From positions 43,648,001 to 43,712,000 of the forward strand of contig OZ024756.1 of NCBI GenBank assembly GCA_964016885.1: a stretch of DNA of 64,000 bases, written 5' to 3'. Within the stretch, counting starts at the first letter, position 1. The number at the start of each line of letters is the position of its first letter. The notes beneath the pieces are model-generated. The model was not told the DNA's origin. It saw nothing but the letters and a program-made list of their open reading frames with translations, and did no database searches. The translations under genes were made by a program, and so were the position numbers. The stretch is from Eledone cirrhosa (lineage: Eukaryota). Of this stretch, positions 1 through 12,232 are shown piece after piece.

Positions 1-88
1 TGTGACAAGTGGAATGCTGTGCTGAATAGGGCAAGTCCCACCCTTGCAAACAGGGAAAAGCGGACGTAAAATGATGATGATGATGATG

Positions 89-119
<31 letters not shown>

Positions 120-120
120 C

Positions 121-1953
121 ATATCAAAGATATGAAGACAGGTAAGGCGACTGGGCCTTCGGAAATAGTTGCTGAAATGCTGAAAGCATCTGGAACGGTG
201 GGACACACTATGGTCACCCGGATAGTAAACCAAGTCATACAGAATGGGGCCATTCCGAAGGACTGGTGTAGCAGCATCATCATTAACTGCTACAAGGGTA
301 AAGGAGATGCCCTAGATAGGGGTAACTATAGAGGCATTAAATTAATCGACCAGGTCACAAAGGTCACAGAAAAAGTAATAGCGCAACTAATCAGAGAACG
401 AATTGATCTAGATGAAATGCAGTTCGGGTTTGTGTCAGGTAAAAGTACCACAGACGATCTTTTCATTGTATGACAACTACAGGAGAAGTACCTAGCTAAA
501 AGTAAACCCCTATACTTAGCTTTTGTTGACTTGGAGAAAGCCTTTGACAGAGTCCCCCGCTCCATTATCTGGTGGGCGCTTCGAAAACTAGGTGTTGATG
601 AATGGCTTGTGAGAGCTATACAAGCCATGTATAAAGAAACAGTCAGCAAGGTTAGAATTAACAATGAATATAGTGAAGAGTTTAGCGTAAAAGTTGGTGT
701 TCATCACGGCTCCGTTCTTAGCCCCTTACTATTTATTATTGCCCTTCAGGCTATAACAGAGGAGTTCAAGACCGGCTGCCCATGGGAACTCCTATATGCA
801 GATGATCTAACGCTCATAAATGAATCAATGGTCGAACTAGAGAAGAAATTCCAAACATGGAAGCATGGCCTAGAATCAAAAGGCCTTAAAGTTAACTTGT
901 CTAAGACTAAAGTTCTAGTTTGTAGGAAGGAAAATAGGGCACCGGTCCCATCTGGGAAATGGCCATGCTCAGTGTGTAGGAAAGGAGTAGGCAGAAACTC
1001 CATTTTATGTCCCAAATGCAAAGTATGGGTGCATAAAAGATGTAGTGGGATCACAGGTAAGCTAACTAAGAATATAGATTTTATATGTGGCCGGTGCTCT
1101 GGTGCAATAAGTAGCAGCAAGTGCCCACAGAATATTAGCTCATTCCACTGCACAGATGGTTCTATAAAAATCGTGGACACCTTCCGTTACCTGCATACGA
1201 ACAGCAATGTTACATGGCAGTGAGACCTGGGCATTGTGTGCAGAGGATATACGCAGACTGGAGAGAAACGAAGCTTGCATGCTCCGCTGGATGTGAACAG
1301 CAAAAGCATAAATGAACTAAGGGAGAAATTAGGAATAAGAGGGATCAGATGTTGTTTACTCGAGAGAAGACTATGTTGGTATGGTCACGTGATGTGCATG
1401 AAAGACGACAGCTGTATGAAAAAGTGCAGGGCGATCAAATTAGATGGTAGCTACGGAGTAGGCAGACCCAGAAATTCCGACCTCACACACTTACACCGCT
1501 CCAAGACAATGTCACTGGACCGAGATCTTTGGTGCTACACAGTTATACAGAAGACCTGCTTTGCCTAAGTACAAAGCGAAACCTACAGTCAGTAGGCAAC
1601 CCTAACAAAATACACCCCCGTCCCACTACCCCCACCCGATCCACACCACCCCTTTCAATGTGAAGTTATGTTGGTACCACAACATCCAGTCCGAAACAAA
1701 TGAGGTCGTGTAGGTGTCACGACAAAAAAAAACACACAGTCCACGCTGTAATGTGGCCGTGTAGGTAACACGGTAAAAACCTCCCAGTCCACACTGTAAA
1801 CATGGTTGGTGTTAGGAAGGGCATCCAGCCATAGAAAACCCACCAGACAGTCCTATACGAGCAGGACAACCAATCTTGCCTAAAGTGGGAAAACTCCCAT
1901 CCAAACCCATGCAAGCGTGGAAGATGGACGTTAAACGATGATGATGATGATGA
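121..1953 (+). mobile_element. 5'-truncated, internally deleted RTE LINE (subfamily A); mirrored at about 58522-60328 (-)
   Basis: RT motifs EKAFDRVPR, GSVLSPLLF and LLYADDL; PHD-like Cys cluster; 3' UTR ending ggacgttaaac(gat)n. Confidence 0.92.
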
Positions 1954-2369
1954 CATACACACATATATATATATACACACATATATAGACACCTGTGAAT
2001 GGCAATGACACAGGACTGAGACCTCTGGCGTTATGCAGTAATACAGAAGACCCGAAGCTGAAGCATATAGACATATGCCCCCCCTCCCACTGTAAACTGG
2101 TCATGTAGGTGCCACAGCAGAAAGCACTCAGTAATCACTGTAAATGAGATTGGTGTTAAGAGGGGGCAACCAGCTGTAGAAATCAAGCCAGAATCAGTTC
2201 TGTATGAGCAAGACAAAGTCACTTGCATGGGTTAGACGGGTTGTCCAGTCGGCTGACCTTGTCTTGCTCATACTGGAACTGATTCTGGCTTGATTTCTAC
2301 AGCTGGATGCCCTTCCTAACACCAACCTCATTTACAGTGAGTGCTGGGTGTTTTTTTCCCGTGGCGCCT

Positions 2370-5185
2370 ACACGTCCACATTACATTCTCTGTCTCTACG
2401 AACTCATCGCAAAGCCCCGCCATTCAACCCCTTTCTCTCACTCATTTCGGTGTTACAAATCTCGACTGCTTTTGACCTTCTCTATGGATTTTTAAAGATT
2501 GCCAACTCATCTTTCATTTAGTTGGTGACCATCTTTGAAATTCTCACACAGTCGTCGAATATGCCTACTTGTATCTGCTTATTTCCCCTGAATCTTTAGC
2601 AACGATATACGCCATGATGGCTACCTATCTCACAATTTACCTACCACCCAACCTCACAGGCTTTTCGATCAATCAAACCACAGCAACATATCCTCACCCA
2701 TCACCAGCACCAACAAATTCTGCCATTACTACTACTGCCCTTCTAGCCCTGCACCAAAGAATTCTTTTTACCGTTATCTATGGATGAGCTGAGGATAATG
2801 GAACAACCCCGAATAAATAAATGAATATGAATCCACAAGTTACCAAGCACCCATGCGAAGCTTTAATTCAGAGACAGAAAGCATACACACTGCTCCGCAA
2901 AAATCCACCCCATCCCACGAGTGATGGCAAATACCCAAAAATCCGAGTTGGCAACATCAACATAAGCGCAATGAAAGGAAGAGCAGGAGAAATTGTAGAG
3001 ATGTTAGAGCAAAAGTAAATTGATGTATGCAGCATGAAAGAGACTAGATGGAGAGGCCACTAGAGTAAAAATCAGTGCTATAAATTTTTCTGGGTGGAAA
3101 ATGATAACAGATTGGGTGGTGAACGTATACTATTAGCTGATAAATGGGTAGATAAGGTAATCTCAGTGAACAGGGTGAATGCAAGAATCATCAGGTTTTA
3201 CGAGTCCTTAATGCACACTACTGCCCTAACAAACTACAATGCCTTCCTAATCATTGCAGAAGACTTTAATGGACACATTGGGAAACACTGACGGCTTCTA
3301 TAGCGTCCATGGGTTTGGCACAAGAAATGAAGAAGGCTTCAAGCATCTAGAATTCTGTGACGCCAATGACATATTGATATGTAACACCAAACTTAAAAAT
3401 CCCGACAACCATCTGATAACCTATAGATCAGGGGATCATTCTAGTCAGATTTTATCCTCATCAGAGGACGAGATAGATGGACGGTTGTAAACACAAAAGC
3501 CTTCCTTGCTCAGGAATCTTCCCACCATAACTTAGTTGTCAGCGACCTCATTGTCAGAACTAGAGTTACTTGGAAACAGAAGGCAACATGAAGAAGTAAG
3601 ATCTGGTTGCTGAAAGACCCCTCAGCCAGTAACAGATTTAACCCTTTAGCATTCACAATACTCTATATATACTATTGTATTTTTGTAGTAAACGCTTTAT
3701 CTCACATAATTAGCTCACATAATATCGAATCTATGAGATTTTGATGTTATTTATTTTGAGAACAATACCTTAATGTCAGTATGAGTGGCCAGTTACGGCT
3801 GGTTTGAACAGAAAGAAGAGAGAGAATTATGGCTGGATACAGCCAGTTTAAATGCTAAAGGGTTAGAGATATCTTACTCGATGCCTACGACAGTAAAGAA
3901 CAGATAGAGACATTCAATGTAGAAGAGCTCTGGGAGTTCATAAAAAATAACTTATGAAAGACAACAGACGAGATTTGTGGTTGGAGCAAGACCACAAGCA
4001 GGAGGAGAGTGACTTGGTGGTGGAACAATAGGGTAGATGAGGCAATTAAGGCTAAGAGACAGGCATGGAAAGAATGGAAGAAAGGGGGTAGCAGGGAAGC
4101 TAGGCGACAAGTATACTTAAATAGAAGGGAAGCAGAGGATAAAAAGTTTGAGCATGTTTTGCAACGTGAGGACCAGAAACAGGAGGTGTTCAGGATTGCA
4201 AGGCAGTGTTTTAGAGAAAATTGTGATGTCATTCGAGAAAAGTGTGTCCGGAATGATAAAGGTGAGCTTGCCCTCACAAGTGCCAAGAAGAAAGATGCGT
4301 GGAAGAGCCATTATGAAATATTACTAAATGAGGAGAATGCATGGGAGAAAGAGAACCTACCCCAAGTGGGCCCTATAGAGGGGCCAGCAATACAAGTCAG
4401 CAGCAGCATAGTAAGTAAGGCAATTAAAGATATGAAGACTGGGAAGGCAAGCAGTCTATCGAGTATAGCAAAATTAGGGTTAACAATGACTATAGCAAGG
4501 AATTTAGCATACAGTTCGGTGTCCACCAGAGCTCTGTTCTTAGCCCTCTCCTGTTTATTATCATATTGCAGGCTATAACAGGAATTTAAGACCAGATGCC
4601 ATGGGAACTTCTGTATGCAGATGATCTTACACTTATAGCTGAATCCATGGCGGAACTAAAGAAGAAATTCCAAACATGGAAGCAGGGACTAAAAAGAAGG
4701 GGTCTCAAAGTCAATCTGACAAAAACGAGAAACAGAACCCAGATCCCCTCATGGAAATGGCCTTGCTCAGTATGTAGGAACTCCACCCTCTGCCCTAAAT
4801 GCAAACAATAGGTACACAAGAGATGTAGTGGGATCTCAGGAAGTTCAGCTAAGAATGTAGGCTTTTCAAATAGCAGCTGCACCGGGACAGCAAGCAGCAA
4901 ACGGCCACAGGAAACAAGCACTAACAAACTCTGGGAGGGGTCTGTAGAAATAGTAGACAGCTTCTGCTCTCTAGGTGACTGAATTAGCAACGGAGGTGGG
5001 GGTTCTGAAAGTATAGTAACCAGTGTAAGAACGGGATGGAAGAAGTGCAGGGAGCTACTGCCACTGCTAGTGCAAAAGGCTTTTCCTTCAAAATGAAAGG
5101 CAGACTGTATGATGCGTGTATACGAACAGCAATGTTACATGGTAGTGAGACCTGGGCGCTGTGTGGAAGACTTGCGTAGATTACA
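2370..5185 (+). mobile_element. Degenerate RTE LINE (subfamily C); mirrored at about 54915-58100 (-)
   Basis: APE endonuclease remnants (MKGRAGEIVEML, DFNGHIG), TWWWN motif and YADDL, with many stops and frameshifts. Confidence 0.88.
3639..3865. mobile_element. MITE with TIR taaccctttagcatt / aatgctaaagggtta (piggyBac-like CCCT ends), inserted in the RTE
   Basis: 15-bp perfect terminal inverted repeat, flanked by TTAA on the left and TTAG on the right. The RTE sequence resumes on both sides. Confidence 0.75.
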
Positions 5186-5293
5186 CGCATGAATGCATTG
5201 ATAGAGGCAGACATGTATTTAAAAATATGGAATCCCTCTCATCTATACATGCGCACACATGCAGATATAGTGATGCAGTGATATATATATATA

Positions 5294-5367
<74 letters not shown>

Positions 5368-5398
5368 GGTAATACGTAAAAGAAAATAATTTGCTTAC

Positions 5399-5713
5399 TT
5401 TTATCCACAATGGAGACCTCTGTGTGAAGTTCCATGCCAAATGCTGAGCAGGTGATGGTTATATTGGGGTAGTCTCTAATTGTTATGTTGTAGTCAAACC
5501 GTGACTGTACTTGAACTTTACAATTGTTACTTGTTGGAACTTTCACAGATCTTTGAACTTCATCTAGGTTGTTACTTCCTTGTTTTACACTCCATTGAAA
5601 CTGGACAGTCCTTTGAGAACTTGTGGCAACATTTGCAGTACATATGAAGGTTATTATCTGGTTAAGTTCGTAGTCCACATTGTCCAACGTCAGTTGTTTC
5701 AGAGCAGATTTCA
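5399..5713 (-). CDS. IgSF gene copy A, C2-like exon
   Basis: Reverse complement aligns without gaps to 54381-54695 (5 substitutions by hand count); splice sites and frame are intact. Confidence 0.85.
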
Positions 5714-5934
5714 CTGAAAAGATAAAATGTAAATCTTAGTAAAATAAATACTGAAATGAAATCTTTGCTGGTTTCATTAATAGAAACTACAACTAAAATG
5801 TTGAATGAGGAGGTTGCTTCTGATAGGACACTCTGGAAGGCATGTGTGAGGACTCTGCCCTAACAATACTCTCATGTTGAGGAAAAGAAGAAAATCACCC
5901 AAATATTTTGTGACACAGAAGCAGGGTAAATGCA

Positions 5935-7320
5935 ATGGTTAACAAGATCTATATGACAATAACTATACAACCGGTAATGACACCCAATCTAACAAAGGGA
6001 TCAGTTGTTCAACTCAGCTGTGACATAGTAAGTAAGATAATTAAGGATACGAAGATAGACAAATCAACTGGATCACCGAGCTTAGTTGTTGAGATCCTGA
6101 AAGCATCTGGGATGGTAGGTCACATCATAATGAACTGTATCATAAACCAAGTAATACAAAGTGATGTCATACCTAATGACTGGTGTAGCTGGAGCATTGA
6201 CAACTACTACATAAGCAAAGGAGAGGCTCTAGACAGAGAACAATATAGAGGTAACAGGTTGAGGAATCAGGTCATGAAACTTACAGAAAGAGTTATCATG
6301 TAGCTGATTAGGGCCCAAATTAAACCAAAGAGGATACAGTTCAGATTTATGCCAAACATATTACTGATGTCCTCTTCTTTGTGAGGTAACTGCAGGTAAA
6401 GTACCTAGCTAAACATAAGCCTCTACATGGCATTTGTTGACCTGAAGAAAGTATTTTACAAAGTCCTTCATTCATTAATCTGGTGGGATGTTAGAAAACT
6501 AGGGGTAAATGAGAGACTTCTGAGGGTGGTATAAGCCATGTATTAACAATTATTATAGTGAAGAATTTAGTGTGTAAATGTGGGTTCTTCAAGGGTCTGT
6601 TCATAGCCCTCTCCTCGTTTATTATTATCTTGCAGGCTGGTGGATTGGCAGTATCGGTAGAGGGTCGGACGCCATGCTTTTCCAGCATAGTTACCTGCCT
6701 TTATGATCTGAGTTCAAATCCCGCCGAGGTTGACTTTGCCTTTCATCCTTACGGGGTCGATAAAATAAAGTACCAGTAATCCACTGGGTAATTGCTGGCC
6801 TTGTGCCTAAAGTAGAAACAGTTATTATCTTGCAGGCTATAACAGAATAGTAGTAGACTGGCTGCCCATGGAAAATCTTATATGCTGATTATCTAACCCT
6901 CATTAGCTGAAATTATGGCAGAAATAGAGAACAAATTCATGCTCCAGAAGTAAAAGGTCATAAAGTCAACTAGGCAAAGACTAACTTACTAGTAATTAGA
7001 AAGGAAAGACTAAATTTTTAGTAATCAGAAAGGAAAACAAGGCCCTGATAGCTTTGAGGAGTAGTCTTGCCTAATGTACAGGAGATGAATGAGTAGAAAT
7101 TCTATCCTGTGTTCCAAATGATGACTATAGGTATACAAGTGATGTAATATGATCTCAGACAGCTTAGCAAAGATGTAGGTTTTATAAGTGGTTGATAAAT
7201 AGGAGCAGTTAACAGTAAGGGCTCATGGAAAACAAGCTCTATAGAGGACTCCATAGAAGTAGTTGATAGATTCTGTTACCTGCATGACTAAATTAGCAGT
7301 GGATGTGTGTGTTTTGAAAG
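5935..7320 (+). mobile_element. Old, heavily decayed RTE LINE fragment
   Basis: Degenerate KGEALDR/NYRG region, AFVDLKK and YADYL motifs. Confidence 0.8.
6636..6820 (+). mobile_element. tRNA-derived SINE with Meta-like core; related copies at about 16452-16660(+), 29388-29570(+) and 52636-52800(+)
   Basis: B-box gagttcaaatc followed by gaggttgactttgcctttcatccttacggggtcgataaaataaagtaccag. Confidence 0.8.
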
Positions 7321-8460
7321 TAGAGAAACATAACACTGACACAAAGACTCACACACAATAGAGAAACATTACACTGACACAAAGACTTATACATACTATA
7401 GAGAAACATTACACTGACACAAAGACTCACACACACTATAGAGAAACATTACACTGACACAAAGACTCACACACACTATAGAGAAATATTACACTGACAC
7501 AAAGACTCACACACAATAGAGAAACATTACACTGACACAAAGACTTATACATAATATAGAGAAACATTACACTGACACAAAGACTCACACACACTATAGA
7601 GAAACATTACACTGTCACAAAGACTCACACACACTATAGAGAAACATAACACTGACACAAAGACTCACACACAATAGAGAAACATTACACTGACACAAAG
7701 ACTTATACATACTATAGAGAAATATTACACTGACACAAAGACTCACATACACACTATAGAGAAACATTACACTGACACAAAGACTCACACACACTATAGA
7801 GAAACATTACACTGACACAAAGACTCACACACACTATAGAGAAACATTACACTGACACAAAGACTCACACACACTATAGAGAAACATTACACTGACACAA
7901 AGACTCACACACACTATAGAGAAACATTACACTGACACAAAGACTCACACACACACTATAGAGAAACATTACACTGACACAAAGACTCACACACACACTA
8001 TAAAGAAACATTACACTGACACAAAGACTCACACACACTATAGAGAAACATTACACTGACACAAAGACTCACACACACACTATAGAGAAACATTACACTG
8101 ACACAAAGACTCACACACACTATAGAGAAACATTACACTGACACAAAGACTCACACACACTATAGAGAAACATTACACTGACACAAAGACTCACACACAC
8201 TATAGAGAAACATTACACTTAAACAAAGACTCACACATACACTATAGAGAAATATTACACTGACACAAAGACTCACACACACATTATAGAGAAACATTAC
8301 ACTGACACAAAGACTCACACACACACTATAGAGAAACATTACACTGACACAAAGACTCACACACACACTATAGAGAAACATTACACTGACACAAAGACTC
8401 ACACACACTATAGAGAAATATTACACTGACACAAAGACTCACACACACACTATAGAGAAA
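7321..8460. repeat. Minisatellite, about 38-42-bp unit tatagagaaacattacactgacacaaagactc(ac)n
   Basis: Directly visible tandem array. Confidence 0.95.
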
Positions 8461-10160
8461 CATTACATTACACACACACACTATAGAGAGACGTTACATA
8501 CACACACTATAGAGAAACATTACACTACACACACACTAGAGAGAGATATTGGACACACACACACTATAGTGAAACATTACATTACACATACATACTATAG
8601 AGAAATATTACACACATACACACGCAAAACTTTACATTTCATATACACACTATAGTGAAATAATATACACACACAATATAGAGAAAGATACACACAAAGA
8701 CAGAGACAGACATTACATTACACAGACACATACACACATATATACATACATACACACACATACAAACAGTCACACATACACATACACACAGATATACATA
8801 TATACACACACATACAAACAGTCATACATACACATACACACATATATACATACATACACACATACACAGTCATACATACACATACACAGATATACATACA
8901 TACACACACATACAAACAGTCATACATACACATAGTCACACATATACATACACACACACACACATACAAACAGTCATACATACACATACACACATGTATA
9001 CATACATACATACACATACAAACAGTCACCCATACACATACACACATATATACATACATACACACATACAAACAGTCATACATACACATACACACACATA
9101 CAAACAGTCATACATACACATACACATATATATACATACATACACACACATGCAAACAGTCACACATACACACATACATACATGTGCACACACATATATA
9201 TAATATAGATAACATTAATGATAACATTAAAAGAAATATTACACTGACACAAAGACTCACACACACACTATAGAGAAACATTACATTACACACACACACT
9301 ATAGAGAGATGTTACATACACACACTATAGAGAAACATTACACTACACACAAACTAGAGAGAGATATTGGACACACACACACTATAGTGAAACATTACAT
9401 TACACATACATACTATAGAGAAATATTACACACATACACACGCAAAACTTTAGATTTCATATACACACTATAGTGAAATAATACACACACACAATATAGA
9501 GAAAGATACATACAAAGACAGAGGAAACATTACATTACGCAGACACATACACACATATATACATACATACACACACATACAAACAGTCACACATACACAT
9601 ACACACATATATACATACATACACACACATACAAACAGTCACACATACACATACACACAGATATACATATATACACACACATACAAACAGTCATACATAC
9701 ACATACACACATATATACATACATACACACATACACAGTCATACATACACATACACACAGATATACATACATACACACACATACAAACAGTCACACATAC
9801 ACATATACATACATACACACACATACAAACAGTCATACATACACATACACACAGATACATACATACACACACCTACAAACAGTCACCCATACACACATAT
9901 ATACATACACACACACACATACAAACAGTCATACATACACATACACACATGTATACATACATACATACACATACAAACAGTCACCCATACACATACACAC
10001 ATATATACATACATACACACACATACAAACAGTCATACATACACATACACACACATACAAACAGTCATACATACACATACACATATATATACATACATAC
10101 ACACACATGCAAACAGTCACACATACACACATACATACATGTGCACACACATATATATAT
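8461..10160. repeat. CA/CATA-rich compound repeat containing an internal tandem duplication of about 0.8-0.9 kb
   Basis: The block gagatattggacacac...cgcaaaacttta...tttcatatacacactatagtgaaataat occurs at about 8545 and about 9361. Confidence 0.85.
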
Positions 10161-10249
10161 AATATAAATAACATTAAAAACAATAAGTATTTCTAACTGA
10201 AATGAAACAACAAAAGTGATGACTAATGAGAAAATGGAATAAAACTTAC

Positions 10250-10576
10250 TTTTTACAGACTTTGGTGGGGATTTTTCGTTATTTGTGGCACATTGAAAAT
10301 TTGTTGCATCTTCGCAATTAGGGTTATTTTTCCAGCACTGATACTCTCCATTCCATCCCTTATTTGCTGGTATTTTACAGTCAAAACCAGATGTAACTTG
10401 TCCTCTCTGAAATTCTTTTGTACCTTTGTTGTAATTCCATTGTATAACCTGAGTTTCATTTCGTAGGAGTTTCAAGACAGTTACCAGATTTAAGTCACCA
10501 GCTACCTTACATGTTATATTTATTCTAGCTGATGATCCAACTTCAAATTCAGGTGATATAGATTCGATTGATACCC
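10250..10576 (-). CDS. IgSF gene copy A, V-like exon
   Basis: Reverse complement aligns without gaps to 29837-30163 with the same splice sites and an open frame: VSIESISPEFEVGSSARINITCKVAGDLNLV...NCEDATNFQCATNNEKSPPKSVK. Confidence 0.85.
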
Positions 10577-10744
10577 CTGTATATTAAATATGGAAGAGGA
10601 GAAAATGTTTAGACAAAGATTTATTTAAAAATAACATATATAATGGCAGGTAGAGAACAACTAAGACAGAAGAAAACAATAATAATAGGAAAAGGAGAGA
10701 AAATACAGTTGTGAATGATAAAATAAGGAGGAGAGAAAGAAAAC

Positions 10745-11372
10745 TGAAGATGATAAAAGAGAAAGAATAAGAAGATAAAAGAAGAAAAAGAAAAAGAAAA
10801 AGAAAAAGAAAAAGAAAAAGAAAAAGAAAAAAGAAGATAAAAGAAGATAAAAGAAGAAAAAGAAGAAGCAGAAAAAGAAGAAAAAAAAAGAAGATAAAAG
10901 AAGAAGAAGAAGAAGAAGAAAGAGAAGAAAAGAAAGAAGAAGATAAAAGAAAAAGAAGAAGCAGAAGAAGATAAAAGAAGATAAAAGCAGAAGAAAGAGA
11001 AGAAAAAGAAGAAAGAGAAGAAAAAGAAGAATAAGAAAAAGATAAAAGAAGAAAAAGAAGAAAAAAGAAGATAAAACAAGAAAAAGAAGAAGCAGAAAAA
11101 GAAGAAAAAAGAAGATAAAAGAAGAAGAAAGAGAAGAAGAAAAAGAAGAAGATAAAAGAAGAAGAAAGAGAAGAAGAAAAAGAAGAAGATAAAAGAAAAA
11201 GAAGAAAAAGAAAAAGAAGAAAAAGAAAATAAAAGAAGAAGAAAAAGAAGATAAAAGAAGAAGAAAAAGAAGATAAAAGAATAAGAAGATAAAAGATAAA
11301 GAAGAAAAAGAAGAAAAAGAAGAAGATAAAAGTAGAAGAAGAAGAAGATAAAAGAAGAAGAAAAAGAAGAAG
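10745..11372. repeat. Polypurine (GAA/GAAAAA/GATAAAA) tract
   Basis: Almost purely A/G on the + strand. Confidence 0.95.
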
Positions 11373-12232
11373 CATGTAGACTGATGGAGAGAAACATGGA
11401 GAATGTGACAGTAAAATGTGTATCTCCTTTGTTAGATTGGTTGCCCCATTAGAGGTAAGTCGGGTCAGGTGACCATGTCTTTCTCATATAGAACTATTTC
11501 TGGCTTGGTTTCTACAGCTGGATGCCCTTCCTAATGCCAACCATATTTGTAGTGTGGTAAGTACCTTTTGGCTGTGACTCCTACATGACCACTTTACAGT
11601 GTGTACTTGAAGAGTTTTGTTGTGTCTCCTACAAAACCACTTTAGAGTGTGTACTTGAAGAGTTTTGTCATGACACCTACACAACTATTTTACAGTGTAT
11701 ACTGGGTGTTTTTTGTTGTGTCACCTGCACGATCTCTTTACAGTGCATACTGGGTGTTTTTTGTCATGGCACCGACACAACCACTTTACAGTGAGTACTA
11801 GGTGTTTTTGTTGTGATACCTAAATGACCACTTTACATTGTTGGCTGGGTGTTTTTTGTTGTGACACCTACATAACCACTTCACAGTGTGGGATGGGTGT
11901 TTTTTGTTGTGACACCTACATGACCACTGTAGTTATATATACAAGGGTGACTGGTAACTCTGAAGATATGTGCTAACATTTATTGCATTTATAGAAAATG
12001 TTTAATGTTTTATGTTGGCAATTGAAGATTCAATCATGCTAGGAATTTTGTAGGTCCTTTCCAGTTATGACTTTTAGCATTAACACCAAACATCCTGCAA
12101 ACATTAATATATGCTGTATGATACCTACATTACACATATAAATTGAACATAGCCGATATACAAATTTTCCTGTCGTACACACCCAACCATTATGGAACAC
12201 ATATTGCATTACTATTTAGGAAATAAGAACAC

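Larger units (their letters stand above)
1..5870. repeat. Left arm of a large inverted duplication (partner about 54225-60449)
   Basis: Position 1 reverse-complements to 60449. The same order of TE fragments, shared lesions and near-identical ORF translations occur on the opposite strand. Confidence 0.95.

Noticed and set aside
7321-8460. CRISPR-like regular array
   Set aside because: No unique spacers, no cas genes and a eukaryotic context; it is a minisatellite.
8718-10183. Numerous Cys/Val/Tyr/Met or His/Thr/Ile ORFs (also 21400-23900, 27370-28640, 30217-30872, 38051-38560 and 41336-41845)
   Set aside because: Artefacts of CA/TA microsatellites.
10584-11397. Long Phe/Ser/Leu-rich ORFs
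   Set aside because: They are translations of a polypurine microsatellite.
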